A stretch of 41,245 nucleotides of DNA from a virus. The notes beneath the pieces were generated by a model. The model searched no databases. It saw only the letters and a program-made list of their open reading frames with translations, and was not told where the DNA came from. The translations under genes and the position numbers were made by a program. Location of the stretch: the UHGV virus genome UHGV-0086138; one strand, 5' to 3'. Within the stretch, counting starts at the first letter, position 1; every line of letters begins with the position of its first letter. This document shows, one piece after another, positions 1-7,688 of the stretch.

Positions 1-49
1 ATGTTTGCAGTTTCAAGGCATTTCCTTAAATCTGCTGGTGATGCCCTGT

Positions 50-700
50 TCATGCTGCACGCTCCCGCCCCTGGTTGTCTGTTGGTGACAGCGGAGCATT
101 GCTGAATGCATTTGTTAATCCGGCAATATCCAACGCGTATCCTGGGTGTAGTTGCACTGCCGGGTCTTCGCACTGATTACCCCAAACATCGAAGCCATGA
201 GACGACTGGCGGGCGAACAGTTCAATGCGAGAAACATCGCCTAACAATTGCACAAGTTTTTCACGAACGACATCTGGTTTTCTTGAATGCTCAAGCCGCG
301 GTGCGGTAAATGACTGAACGATACCTGCATTAATGCGCGGAGGTAGTTTTCCCTTTACCGCAAACAGGCAATCTTCACTGTTGGCGCGAGTCATGTGTCC
401 CATCCCCATAACCAGTTTATCTGGTTGTCGACTACCACATTTTATCCACGTGAAGCCCTTCATGGTCATCAGACGGAATCCCCAGGCTTCAACAACTTTT
501 AGTGCTTCGAGTGGTTGTGTTGGCACCCACCACATGGCCAACAGACAGTTTTCACCGGCCAAATCCCACACAGGAAGGCGGCAGATATCCAGCACACTCA
601 TAACCGGATATTTAAAACCAGCACCGCGATTACCATCTGTGGCTTTGTCCCGGTATGCCCAGGGTGGATCTGCATAGATTAGTGTGTATTTCTTAGTCAT
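50..700 (-). CDS. DNA N6-adenine methyltransferase (MT-A70-like, DPPW motif)
   Basis: ORF contains LIYADPPWAY catalytic motif; ATG at 700 preceded by GGGGTGG RBS; track ORF 50..712 trimmed to the ATG. Confidence 0.75.
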   Translation of the reverse strand: MTKKYTLIYADPPWAYRDKATDGNRGAGFKYPVMSVLDICRLPVWDLAGENCLLAMWWVPTQPLEALKVVEAWGFRLMTMKGFTWIKCGSRQPDKLVMGMGHMTRANSEDCLFAVKGKLPPRINAGIVQSFTAPRLEHSRKPDVVREKLVQLLGDVSRIELFARQSSHGFDVWGNQCEDPAVQLHPGYALDIAGLTNAFSNAPLSPTDNQGRERAA

Positions 701-992
701 AAACCACCCCACAACATCCTATGCCGCTATAGTCGCCACGGCGAAGGCCGTTACCTTTTGTGATACATTGGTCCCTGCGAACCGCGATCCTTGCACGTTC
801 AACATCACCAGAAGCAACATCCATACACTGAAGCCAAAGGTGGGCGGCAACGCGGAACTGCCCTTTTTTCTCTCTTTCAATCGCGCGTTTTTCGATCTCT
901 ATCGCCGCAGGAGTAACGGCAACAACCTTTGAAGGGCTGCGCATTGAAACCTTGTTCATGTGATATTTTTCAAGTCGGCTTAACTTTCTCAC
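693..992 (-). CDS. hypothetical protein
   Basis: 99-aa ORF with GTG start and GAGGG RBS; stop overlaps methyltransferase start (coupling); no recognisable domain. Confidence 0.4.
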   Translation of the reverse strand: MRKLSRLEKYHMNKVSMRSPSKVVAVTPAAIEIEKRAIEREKKGQFRVAAHLWLQCMDVASGDVERARIAVRRDQCITKGNGLRRGDYSGIGCCGVVYD

Positions 993-1101
993 TTAATCCA
1001 ACCCTCTCTGAAAATTAATGCCAGCAGATAAAGCCATGCTGAAACAGAGGCCAGGAATAAGTACCATCCTGACCATTTGCTCCAGTGCCTTAGCAGCACA
1101 C

Positions 1102-1350
1102 TCATGCCGCGTTGCTCACAGGACGATATACACGTTGCTGAACAGGAGGTTTTTTACCCTGGAACTCTGCCGGGCTTGCTGCCTGACGTTCATCAAGCCA
1201 ACGCTCAACTTCATCACGGTTCCATGCGCAGCGTTTATCGGTGATATACCAGCGTTTAGGAAATTCCCCTGCGCGCTCCATACGGTCGATAGTGCTCCAT
1301 GACAGTGGCACCACCGCCAGGAGTTCCTTCTTACCTAATGCACCTTTCAT
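1102..1350 (-). CDS. AlpA-family (prophage CP4-57-type) DNA-binding regulator / excisionase-like protein
   Basis: 82 aa; HTH-like segment and conserved W/R-rich region typical of AlpA family; AGAGAGGT RBS. Confidence 0.7.
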   Translation of the reverse strand: MKGALGKKELLAVVPLSWSTIDRMERAGEFPKRWYITDKRCAWNRDEVERWLDERQAASPAEFQGKKPPVQQRVYRPVSNAA

Positions 1351-1399
1351 AAATACCTCTCTTGGTTGCAGTGCGGCGCGCGTGGCGCCGCGGTGGTGG

Positions 1400-2281
1400 T
1401 TACATAGATGTTTCGTTTAATTCTTCCCGACGAACGCTGTAAACGTCGGTGGCTTTTGCCAGCAGTTCGTCATCATCTGAAAGTTTTTGTGCAATGTATT
1501 TGTAAGCCTTATCCAGTTCGGAGACAGTGCTGTAATTCATCGCTGCGCTGGTAAAGGCCATCAGCATTTCTTCTGGATCACGGCTATCCGCTTTACGCGT
1601 TTGCTCATCAGGCTTTTTCACTGGTTTAGCGTTGATCAGACTGTTCATTCCCGCAGCAGTAGTCGTTTGCGGAGTAATGTCTCGCTCAACGCGCGGTGCC
1701 GTTTCCTGTAATTCGTCAGGGGTGTAAACACCGAGAAGTACATCAGGAGCGTGCAGGCGAGCCCATCGTTTCGTGCAAAGATAGGCAAGCTGCTGGCGCG
1801 GATCCTGTTCCCACAATGGAGAGTTACGCACTCCGGCTTGCGCCATACTGATGGTAAGCTCACGGGGTTCTGCTTCTCCTTTAAGAACTGCTGACACAGT
1901 TACCGTCAGATTCGGTGATTTATCTGTTTTGCCGTTAACATTCGACCAGTCACCGCTCCAGCGATAATTCAGGCGTGTCGCTAGCAGGCTGGAAGAGGAT
2001 ACGACCGCGTTTACCAACTGTGCTTCGTAGCCTAACGTTCCGTTTACCACATGCGTTTTCTGCGCCACGGCGAAAGGGTTCATTCCCCACTGTGCCGCCT
2101 GCATGGTCACCGCCAGACAATCGGCAGGTTTGCCTTCAAGATGTTTCGGTACAGTCGCTTTGCTTTGTGACATCAACTCCGCGAAACGCACCAGTTGATT
2201 CATGCCCTCCGGGCTGAAGATTGCCGCAGCAGTACCTACAGTTGCGCCTGGTTGTGATGTGATTGCGATATCATTGCTCAT
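1400..2281 (-). CDS. RecT/Red-beta family single-strand annealing protein
   Basis: 293 aa; resembles phage SSAPs (e.g. shares ERDITP segment with lambda Bet as recalled); 4-bp ATGA overlap with upstream exonuclease gene. Confidence 0.8.
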   Translation of the reverse strand: MSNDIAITSQPGATVGTAAAIFSPEGMNQLVRFAELMSQSKATVPKHLEGKPADCLAVTMQAAQWGMNPFAVAQKTHVVNGTLGYEAQLVNAVVSSSSLLATRLNYRWSGDWSNVNGKTDKSPNLTVTVSAVLKGEAEPRELTISMAQAGVRNSPLWEQDPRQQLAYLCTKRWARLHAPDVLLGVYTPDELQETAPRVERDITPQTTTAAGMNSLINAKPVKKPDEQTRKADSRDPEEMLMAFTSAAMNYSTVSELDKAYKYIAQKLSDDDELLAKATDVYSVRREELNETSM

Positions 2282-3099
2282 ACGTACATATCCTGTTTAC
2301 GTGCCCAGTCAGGGCGTTTAATAATTTCCACGCCGCCCCATTCATCATTGATGCGGCATTCGTGATAGGTATTCAGATCCCGGCGGAACAGAGCGTGCCC
2401 GGCATCGACATCCGGCGCATCCAGCTCGAACACGCGTACCGGATACCGACCACAATCAATGCTTTCGCTCACGGCAAGAAAGAAAAAACCATGCGACTGA
2501 CCAGTAACCCTCATCGCTCCTTCGCGGTACATTGCGTCCTGCACGTGGTAGCGGAATTCCTCGATGTGGCGTGCAAAACGGTCCATATCTGCAACCTTTT
2601 TCACGTCGACGATCACGTTGTGCTCGTTCAGCCATTTGTCTGGACGAATGCGGCACAACTCACCAGTCTCTTCATCATTCCAGTACATTGATGCTTCGCA
2701 GTAACCAGGTGCTTCCAGCATCCAGCGTGCCGCCGGGTGAGCCATTGCGCTATCACGCATCAGCTCCAGTTTTCGCCACTGCTCTGCATCAAGTACCGAA
2801 ATCCCCATATCCGCTACATCACGAATAAATGCCTCTTCGTCAGCTTTACCTTGTTTTGTCCGACGATCGAATTTCGGTGAAACGATGAAGCGTTTGTCAA
2901 ACTCTCCAGGTTCCAGAAGCAGACAGTGCAGAGCAGTACCCATGTCCAGTGCAGACTTCTTCTCTTCGTCTTCCGGAGCAGCCTTCACCCATTTCAGAAG
3001 GGCAGGGTTCTTAGCCACCATATCTAGCTGCGACTTACTCACGCCGTCACCGGCGTGGTAGTCCTCGTTGCTGATATCGAAATAAATTCCCGGATTCAT
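2278..3099 (-). CDS. PD-(D/E)XK-type exonuclease (exonuclease VIII/RecE C-terminal-like partner of the SSAP)
   Basis: 273 aa; position immediately upstream of SSAP with overlapping stop/start; conserved acidic/lysine residues consistent with PD-(D/E)XK nuclease fold. Confidence 0.65.
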   Translation of the reverse strand: MNPGIYFDISNEDYHAGDGVSKSQLDMVAKNPALLKWVKAAPEDEEKKSALDMGTALHCLLLEPGEFDKRFIVSPKFDRRTKQGKADEEAFIRDVADMGISVLDAEQWRKLELMRDSAMAHPAARWMLEAPGYCEASMYWNDEETGELCRIRPDKWLNEHNVIVDVKKVADMDRFARHIEEFRYHVQDAMYREGAMRVTGQSHGFFFLAVSESIDCGRYPVRVFELDAPDVDAGHALFRRDLNTYHECRINDEWGGVEIIKRPDWARKQDMYV

Positions 3100-3395
3100 G
3101 CCGCGTCCCTCTGCCCATCAATCTGATCAGCCAGATCCCAGCGGGCGATAATTGCCATTGCCTCGCGCCGGTAGGCATCCATTAGTTCTTCGAACTCAGG
3201 GCTGTCTTTAGCGGCCTCCAGTACTTCCTGGCGAACGCCTTTAACTGTTACAACGTCGAAAGTTGATGCCAGTTGATGAAGCCGGATACTCTCAATCAGT
3301 TCAACTTGTCGGTCATATAGCTGTTCTGACAGGCGGTAGTCCTTGTCGAATGCCAGCATGATTTTTTGAAGATTTTTCTGCTGATTAACGTTCAT
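3096..3395 (-). CDS. hypothetical early protein
   Basis: ORF in early-left operon; start assigned to ATG (MNVNQQ) that overlaps stop of upstream small ORF (TGATAATG). Confidence 0.5.
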   Translation of the reverse strand: MNVNQQKNLQKIMLAFDKDYRLSEQLYDRQVELIESIRLHQLASTFDVVTVKGVRQEVLEAAKDSPEFEELMDAYRREAMAIIARWDLADQIDGQRDAA

Positions 3396-3397
3396 TA

Positions 3398-3550
3398 TCA
3401 GCCCTCCCATATCTCGTTATCGTTGGCCACATCGCGAGCTTCTTTGCTGACGAAAGCCCACTTAATGCCTTCCTGTAAGGTGCGGAACTTCCAGCTCATG
3501 AATCCGCATGCAGTAACGCAGTACCAACCGTTGATGATTTTCCACTGCAT
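3398..3550 (-). CDS. small protein (50 aa), first gene of leftward early operon; not in ORF track
   Basis: ATG at 3550 with GAGGT RBS, translation MQWKIINGWYCVTACGFMSWKFRTLQEGIKWAFVSKEARDVANDNEIWEG, TGA stop; sits directly downstream of a TTGACA promoter and operator. Confidence 0.45.
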   Translation of the reverse strand: MQWKIINGWYCVTACGFMSWKFRTLQEGIKWAFVSKEARDVANDNEIWEG

Positions 3551-3568
3551 AACTTGTTACCTCGGTCT

Positions 3569-3585
3569 GTTACCGTTGAGGTAAT
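3569..3585. promoter_or_regulatory. operator-like palindrome GTTACCGTTGAGGTAAT overlapping -10/+1 of leftward early promoter
   Basis: matches ATTACCy-N3-AGGTAAT family; lies between TTGACA promoter and the small ORF start. Confidence 0.55.
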
Positions 3586-3606
3586 AATTATGCGTATCTG
3601 GTTTGA

Positions 3607-3612
3607 TGTCAA
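3607..3612 (-). promoter_or_regulatory. -35 hexamer (TTGACA on minus strand) of leftward early promoter (PL-like)
   Basis: perfect TTGACA, 16-17 bp from AT-rich -10 (TAATTA), flanked by two operator palindromes. Confidence 0.5.
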
Positions 3613-3630
3613 TAGATATGAGTTAAAAAA

Positions 3631-3647
3631 ATTACCCATTAGGTAAT
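3631..3647. promoter_or_regulatory. operator-like palindrome ATTACCCATTAGGTAAT
   Basis: 17-bp inverted repeat upstream of leftward promoter. Confidence 0.6.
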
Positions 3648-3654
3648 CGAATAG

Positions 3655-3682
3655 GCAATAAAAAAGCCGCCAGAAGGCGGCT
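3655..3682 (-). terminator. rho-independent terminator downstream of repressor gene
   Basis: hairpin AGCCGCC-AGAA-GGCGGCT followed by T-run on minus strand. Confidence 0.6.
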
Positions 3683-3703
3683 TACTTACTGAAAAATATG
3701 ATT

Positions 3704-4288
3704 TTATTGTTTGTTTTTTTCGTTCTGGTTGATGACAAATTCAATGTAACTTTCGATCTTTGCTTTCTCGGTTTCGGGTAACAATGCGTAGCGCGAGCGA
3801 TCATAGTTGATGGTCGCAGGGTCGTGCGGGTGAATCAGTAATTCATAGCCGTGACGCCCGAATGCGGATGCAACATTCTCCAGGGTGGAAATGGAAACGC
3901 TGACCTCATTGTTTAACAGGCGGCTGATTGTCACCTGGGCGACGCCGGATGCGCGGTGTAGTTTTCCCTGCGTTGAAAGGTCGCGGCTTTCGCTCATCCA
4001 GCGTTCCAGGTTGTGAGCCGCCAGCTGACCTATATCACTCGGGCCGACAGGCTGAAAACCTTCCTGAGAAAGCGAGCGATCGATATCAAGCCAGTTACGG
4101 GGTTTATTGGCGGCAGCTTCAATTTTTCGCGCAACCTGGTCGCCGATAACCTTCTTGCCAAGAGCCCAGCGGTTTACCAGATTTGCCTGAGTTCCAAGTT
4201 TTTCTGCCATCCGCGTCTGAACACCATTGAATTCACGGTCGATCAAGTCGTTGAGATTTTGCCTGCGGACGTCCTGGATACTTTTCAT
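3704..4288 (-). CDS. prophage repressor with two XRE-type helix-turn-helix regions; no LexA-like S24 peptidase domain evident
   Basis: 194 aa; HTH-like segments near residues 25-45 and 110-135; divergent from Cro-like gene with three operator palindromes in between. Confidence 0.7.
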   Translation of the reverse strand: MKSIQDVRRQNLNDLIDREFNGVQTRMAEKLGTQANLVNRWALGKKVIGDQVARKIEAAANKPRNWLDIDRSLSQEGFQPVGPSDIGQLAAHNLERWMSESRDLSTQGKLHRASGVAQVTISRLLNNEVSVSISTLENVASAFGRHGYELLIHPHDPATINYDRSRYALLPETEKAKIESYIEFVINQNEKNKQ

Positions 4289-4342
4289 TTTCTGGAAAAT
4301 CGCCTCATATATGAATCAGTAGATGATTCAATTTAAAGCAAT

Positions 4343-4359
4343 ATTACCCAACAGGTAAA
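4343..4359. promoter_or_regulatory. operator O1 ATTACCCAACAGGTAAA (repressor/cro intergenic)
   Basis: first of three tandem palindromes between divergent repressor and cro genes. Confidence 0.65.
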
Positions 4360-4360
4360 T

Positions 4361-4377
4361 GCACCTCATAGGTAACT
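4361..4377. promoter_or_regulatory. operator O2 GCACCTCATAGGTAACT
   Basis: degenerate member of same palindrome family, 2 bp from O1. Confidence 0.5.
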
Positions 4378-4390
4378 ATCCTTGATTTTT

Positions 4391-4407
4391 GTTACCTTAT
4401 GGGTGAA
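4391..4407. promoter_or_regulatory. operator O3 GTTACCTTATGGGTGAA within spacer of cro promoter
   Basis: follows TTGATT -35 (4382-4387). Confidence 0.55.
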
Positions 4408-4430
4408 TATTTATTATCTGAAATAAATAT
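4407..4430. promoter_or_regulatory. AT-rich inverted repeat ATATTTATT-N6-AATAAATAT in cro leader
   Basis: 9-bp arms, between cro promoter and RBS. Confidence 0.4.
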
Positions 4431-4442
4431 CAGGCAATAGCT

Positions 4443-4673
4443 ATGAGCGATAACGGACATTTCGATTTCAAAAAGCACTGGCTTGCACTTACTCCGGATG
4501 AGCGTGAAGCCTTCGCACAGGAAGCCGGAACGACGAGTCACTATATCCAGACTCACTTAACAGGTAAGCGCAAAATGCCAGGTAAAGTATTGATGAATGG
4601 GCTTTTTAAAGCCTGTAAAACAAGACAATGGCTGCGCTTAAAAGCAGAACTGGCATACTTCTTCTACTCATGA
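4443..4673 (+). CDS. Cro-like HTH regulator
   Basis: 76 aa; HTH segment; divergent from repressor; followed by intrinsic terminator. Confidence 0.65.
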   Translation: MSDNGHFDFKKHWLALTPDEREAFAQEAGTTSHYIQTHLTGKRKMPGKVLMNGLFKACKTRQWLRLKAELAYFFYS

Positions 4674-4695
4674 TATCCAGCTACAACCCTCTGTA

Positions 4696-4718
4696 GACCG
4701 CCACCCGGCGGTCTTTTC
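4696..4718 (+). terminator. rho-independent terminator after cro
   Basis: hairpin GACCGCC-ACCC-GGCGGTC then TTTTC. Confidence 0.65.
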
Positions 4719-4727
4719 ATATCTATT

Positions 4728-4744
4728 CGTACCTCAAAGGTAAT
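4728..4744. promoter_or_regulatory. operator-like palindrome CGTACCTCAAAGGTAAT
   Basis: located after cro terminator and before TTGATC promoter-like hexamer. Confidence 0.55.
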
Positions 4745-4823
4745 AAAAAACCAAATCTGGTTGATCTTTTTTTTGTGTCAGCACAAAATGACCGTAATCC
4801 CAATACTAATAACAGGGCTTACC

Positions 4824-5024
4824 ATGGAAATCATTACACGTATTGATGCCGCAAAGCGCGGACTTAAACGCTACTACACCGGAAAAACATGTAAGCACGG
4901 ACATGACAGTGAACGCTGGGTTTACAACGGACACTGTGTTGAGTGCACCATGGAATCAAACCGTCGTATCAGGGCAGAGATTAAGCAGATCATGATTAAT
5001 TCCTCCCCACAACATTCAAGCTGA
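4824..5024 (+). CDS. small Cys/His-rich protein in CII-equivalent position
   Basis: ATG 4824 with AGGG RBS; C-x-H...H-C-x-x-C arrangement; function unknown. Confidence 0.45.
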   Translation: MEIITRIDAAKRGLKRYYTGKTCKHGHDSERWVYNGHCVECTMESNRRIRAEIKQIMINSSPQHSS

Positions 5025-5039
5025 TAGCGGAGATTAATC

Positions 5040-5903
5040 ATGAGCAGACATGCAACAGATTGGGCCTGGGAGACAGATCCAGGTAGCTCATCATTAAAGC
5101 TCATACTGCTCTCGATGGCTGACAGAGCCGATGAATATAACCTCTGCTACCCCAGCATAGAACGCCTCGTTAAAGACACTTGCCTGAATAAAAAAACCGT
5201 GCAGGCCGGGCTTATATCGCTCATGAAAATGGGGCTTATTTCAGATACCGGAGAGAGAAAGGGAGCGACAAAAAGAGTGCGGGTTTTCTCTCTTAATATA
5301 ACCAAAAACGGGAACATTAAAGGCAACCGAGAGGGGGGCAATGAACCCGAAAACGGTAATGTTACCGAAAACGGGAATATACCCAAAAACGGGATGTTGA
5401 ATGATCCCAAAAACGGGATGTTGAATGATCCCAAAAACGGGATGTTGAATGATCCCAAAAACGGGATGTTGAATGATCCCAAAAACGGGATCCAGAACCA
5501 GTCATATAACCAGTCATTTAACCAAGAGAGGGAGAGCAGGACAAAAAACGGGGATTCTGTGCATCATGACCCCGGCGCAAACAACGCCGTGATGAATAAC
5601 TTTGTTCCTCCTGGTGGGCCAGGGCAATTAGGCAAATTTGTCATGCATGAACAATGGCAGCCATCAGATGACTTTCTTCGGAAAAGCTCATTGCAGGGGA
5701 TCTACCTGGACAGTCTGCCAACGGCACAGGAACTTGCAGAGTTCAGAATTTACTGGATGGCTGAGGGTAAGGCATACCATCAGGCACAGTGGGAGCAGAA
5801 GCTGGCAAGGCGGCTGCAGATTAGCAGACAGAAGCAATCAACATTACCTGATAACAACGTTCCGCACTGGAACAGCCCTGAAGCATGGGAGGATTTCTTG
5901 TGA
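5040..5903 (+). CDS. replication initiator (lambda O-like role) with N-terminal HTH and internal iteron array
   Basis: 287 aa; N-terminal HTH-type domain; 4 perfect 24-bp direct repeats inside gene (encode PKNGMLND x4); followed by P-like gene. Confidence 0.75.
   Translation: MSRHATDWAWETDPGSSSLKLILLSMADRADEYNLCYPSIERLVKDTCLNKKTVQAGLISLMKMGLISDTGERKGATKRVRVFSLNITKNGNIKGNREGGNEPENGNVTENGNIPKNGMLNDPKNGMLNDPKNGMLNDPKNGMLNDPKNGIQNQSYNQSFNQERESRTKNGDSVHHDPGANNAVMNNFVPPGGPGQLGKFVMHEQWQPSDDFLRKSSLQGIYLDSLPTAQELAEFRIYWMAEGKAYHQAQWEQKLARRLQISRQKQSTLPDNNVPHWNSPEAWEDFL
5347..5491 (+). repeat. iteron-like direct repeats inside replication initiator gene (4 perfect 24-bp units CCCAAAAACGGGATGTTGAATGAT at 5382-5477, flanked by degenerate copies)
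   Basis: perfect tandem units read directly; analogous to ori iterons inside lambda O. Confidence 0.7.
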
Positions 5904-6685
5904 ACAACGTTTTTACCGCGATACAAAACCGTGACGGAGAAGCCCTTTCTCGCATGTCAGGTTATGAGCATCAGTACACCAACAATGACAACGTGGTGAA
6001 CATGTCAGCAGAGAGGCTTGTTGATGCCCTTTTCAAACAGCTGAAACAACTGTTTCCGGCGGCAGTGGTAACCAACCTGAAGACGCCAGAGCAGGAAGTC
6101 GCTGCAAAACAGCAGTGGATTGCTGCGTTTGCCGAAGGTGGGATCCGAACCCGTGAACAGGTTTCTGCTGGTATGCGCCACGCCCGCGCCAGTGAATCTC
6201 CGTTCTGGCCGTCGCCAGGGCAATTCATCAAGTGGTGCAAAGACAGCAAGATGGTTCTTGGCGTCACCATTGACGATGTGATGGCGGAGTTTCACCGGTA
6301 CAGCAAGGAAAAAAGTTTATATCCTGGTAGTCCCGAAAGATTCCCGTGGCGACATCCGGTTATGTACTGGGTCGTATGTGATACCCGCCGTGCAATGTAT
6401 CAGCGCCAGCTTAGCGAGATTGAGGTTGAGAAACATGCGCGCAGGCTGCTCGATGATTGGGCGAAAAAGGTGGCTTCTGGACAGCAGATACCCGATCCGG
6501 TGATCAGCATACAGGCAAAGCCAGAGCCCATGAGTACACCTCCGGACACAGGGAGAGACGTTTACCATCCACCAGGGCGAAGTTTCGGATGCATGCCTAA
6601 CGCCGCCACCCTTGGGGGAATAACACCGGCGCAGTGGCTGATGGAGGAATACAGGCGAGGAAAGGCGGCAGGATTTATCAAGTAA
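5900..6685 (+). CDS. replication protein P-like helicase loader
   Basis: Recalled similarity to lambda P (segment ...GMRHARASESPFWPSPGQFIKWCK vs lambda ...GMRVARRQNRPFLPSPGQFVAWCR); start assigned to GTG 5900 after GGAGG RBS, overlapping O stop (GTGA). Confidence 0.8.
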   Translation: MNNVFTAIQNRDGEALSRMSGYEHQYTNNDNVVNMSAERLVDALFKQLKQLFPAAVVTNLKTPEQEVAAKQQWIAAFAEGGIRTREQVSAGMRHARASESPFWPSPGQFIKWCKDSKMVLGVTIDDVMAEFHRYSKEKSLYPGSPERFPWRHPVMYWVVCDTRRAMYQRQLSEIEVEKHARRLLDDWAKKVASGQQIPDPVISIQAKPEPMSTPPDTGRDVYHPPGRSFGCMPNAATLGGITPAQWLMEEYRRGKAAGFIK

Positions 6686-6690
6686 TACCA

Positions 6691-6710
6691 GCGCGATAGC
6701 GCATTTTTTT
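6691..6710 (+). terminator. weak intrinsic terminator after P-like gene
   Basis: short GC stem (GCGC-GATA-GCGC) followed by T7 run. Confidence 0.4.
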
Positions 6711-6721
6711 ACGCTCAAATA

Positions 6722-6738
6722 ATTACCCATCAGGTAAT
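6722..6738. promoter_or_regulatory. operator-like palindrome ATTACCCATCAGGTAAT
   Basis: after P-gene terminator. Confidence 0.6.
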
Positions 6739-6783
6739 AAAATATTCTAAACTCTATTGATTTCGTGTCTTATGTGGTTTTTA

Positions 6784-6800
6784 ATTACCTCAGAGGTAAA
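6784..6800. promoter_or_regulatory. operator-like palindrome ATTACCTCAGAGGTAAA overlapping RBS of 6803 gene
   Basis: follows TTGATT-17-TTTAAT promoter-like element; AGGT of right half doubles as Shine-Dalgarno. Confidence 0.6.
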
Positions 6801-6802
6801 TC

Positions 6803-7147
6803 ATGAGAAAACAGATGCAGGCTCTTGGTCGACTCAAAACAGGCCAGATGAACAAAACAGAATCTGCGTATTGCCAGCATCTTGAGCAGCGTAAACGTGC
6901 AGGGGAAATCGCCTGGTATCGATTCGAGGGTATCAAGCTGCGGTTAGCTGATAACACGTTCTATACGCCAGATTTCGCTGTGATGCTCGCCACCGGAGAG
7001 ATGGAACTGCACGAAGTGAAAGGTTTCTGGACCGACGACGCCAGGGTGAAAACCAAAGTCGCCGCAGATCAGTATCCGTTCCGAATCATCGGGGTAACGG
7101 TTAAGCCAAAGAAAGCAGGTGGCGGATGGAAAATCGAAGAGTTCTGA
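6803..7147 (+). CDS. DUF1064-family phage protein
   Basis: 114 aa; typical size and motifs of DUF1064 proteins found in phage replication modules. Confidence 0.6.
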   Translation: MRKQMQALGRLKTGQMNKTESAYCQHLEQRKRAGEIAWYRFEGIKLRLADNTFYTPDFAVMLATGEMELHEVKGFWTDDARVKTKVAADQYPFRIIGVTVKPKKAGGGWKIEEF

Positions 7148-7208
7148 ATCGACGATCTTTTTAGTTATCAATGTTATCAATAAGTTATGTGGATAAGCGA
7201 GGGTAAAG

Positions 7209-7688
7209 ATGGAAAGTAATATCAAAGGGTTAGTTGCCGCCGGGCATGAGATGGCTTCGGAACTGAAAGCAGAATGTGGTGCCGTTGATATGCGTAGTGT
7301 GGCAAAGCTGATCAGCGATTTGGCAACGCAACTGGAAGTGCAACTGGTGCGTGCTAATGCGCTGGCGGCGGAGAATGCGGGGCTGAAGTCTGGCGCTATG
7401 GACGAAATCAAGGTTATCAACCGTGGAGGGCAGGCATATTGCGTAAAAGATGGAGTGCAAGTTAATCCCATGTATGCAAGAGGGTGGAATGACTATCGCG
7501 CAAAGTCTCTGCAATCAGACACCCCAGCCACCGATGCTTTCCTGGCTGAAATTGAACGCAAAGCAATCCGCAAGTTCATTAACAGCATTGAACACATCCT
7601 GCGTGACAAGTTGTCACCGTATGACACCGAAGAGATGCTTGAGGCTATGCGTATTTTTCTGGAAGAACAGGGAGGTGAGCAAAAATGA
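7209..7688 (+). CDS. hypothetical protein
   Basis: 159-aa ORF, codon usage consistent with neighbours. Confidence 0.5.
   Translation: MESNIKGLVAAGHEMASELKAECGAVDMRSVAKLISDLATQLEVQLVRANALAAENAGLKSGAMDEIKVINRGGQAYCVKDGVQVNPMYARGWNDYRAKSLQSDTPATDAFLAEIERKAIRKFINSIEHILRDKLSPYDTEEMLEAMRIFLEEQGGEQK

Noticed and set aside
106-677. Plus-strand ORFs 106..309 and 333..677 overlapping the methyltransferase gene
   Set aside because: Antisense shadow ORFs inside a well-supported minus-strand gene with catalytic motif; no RBS
3704-4288. LexA-like autocleavable (S24 peptidase) repressor
   Set aside because: No Ala-Gly/Cys-Gly cleavage site with Ser-Lys dyad pattern recognisable in the C-terminal half; C-terminus instead contains a second HTH-like segment
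4343-4359. MqsA-type palindrome (ACCT-N2-4-AGGT) interpretation of the operator family
   Set aside because: Core resembles the MqsA site but the conserved flanks (TT...AAT), tandem arrangement in the immunity switch and absence of an mqsRA-like gene pair favour a phage repressor operator
5382-5477. CRISPR array interpretation of the 24-bp and 8-bp tandem repeats
   Set aside because: Repeats are directly tandem with no spacers, lie inside coding sequences, and no cas genes are present
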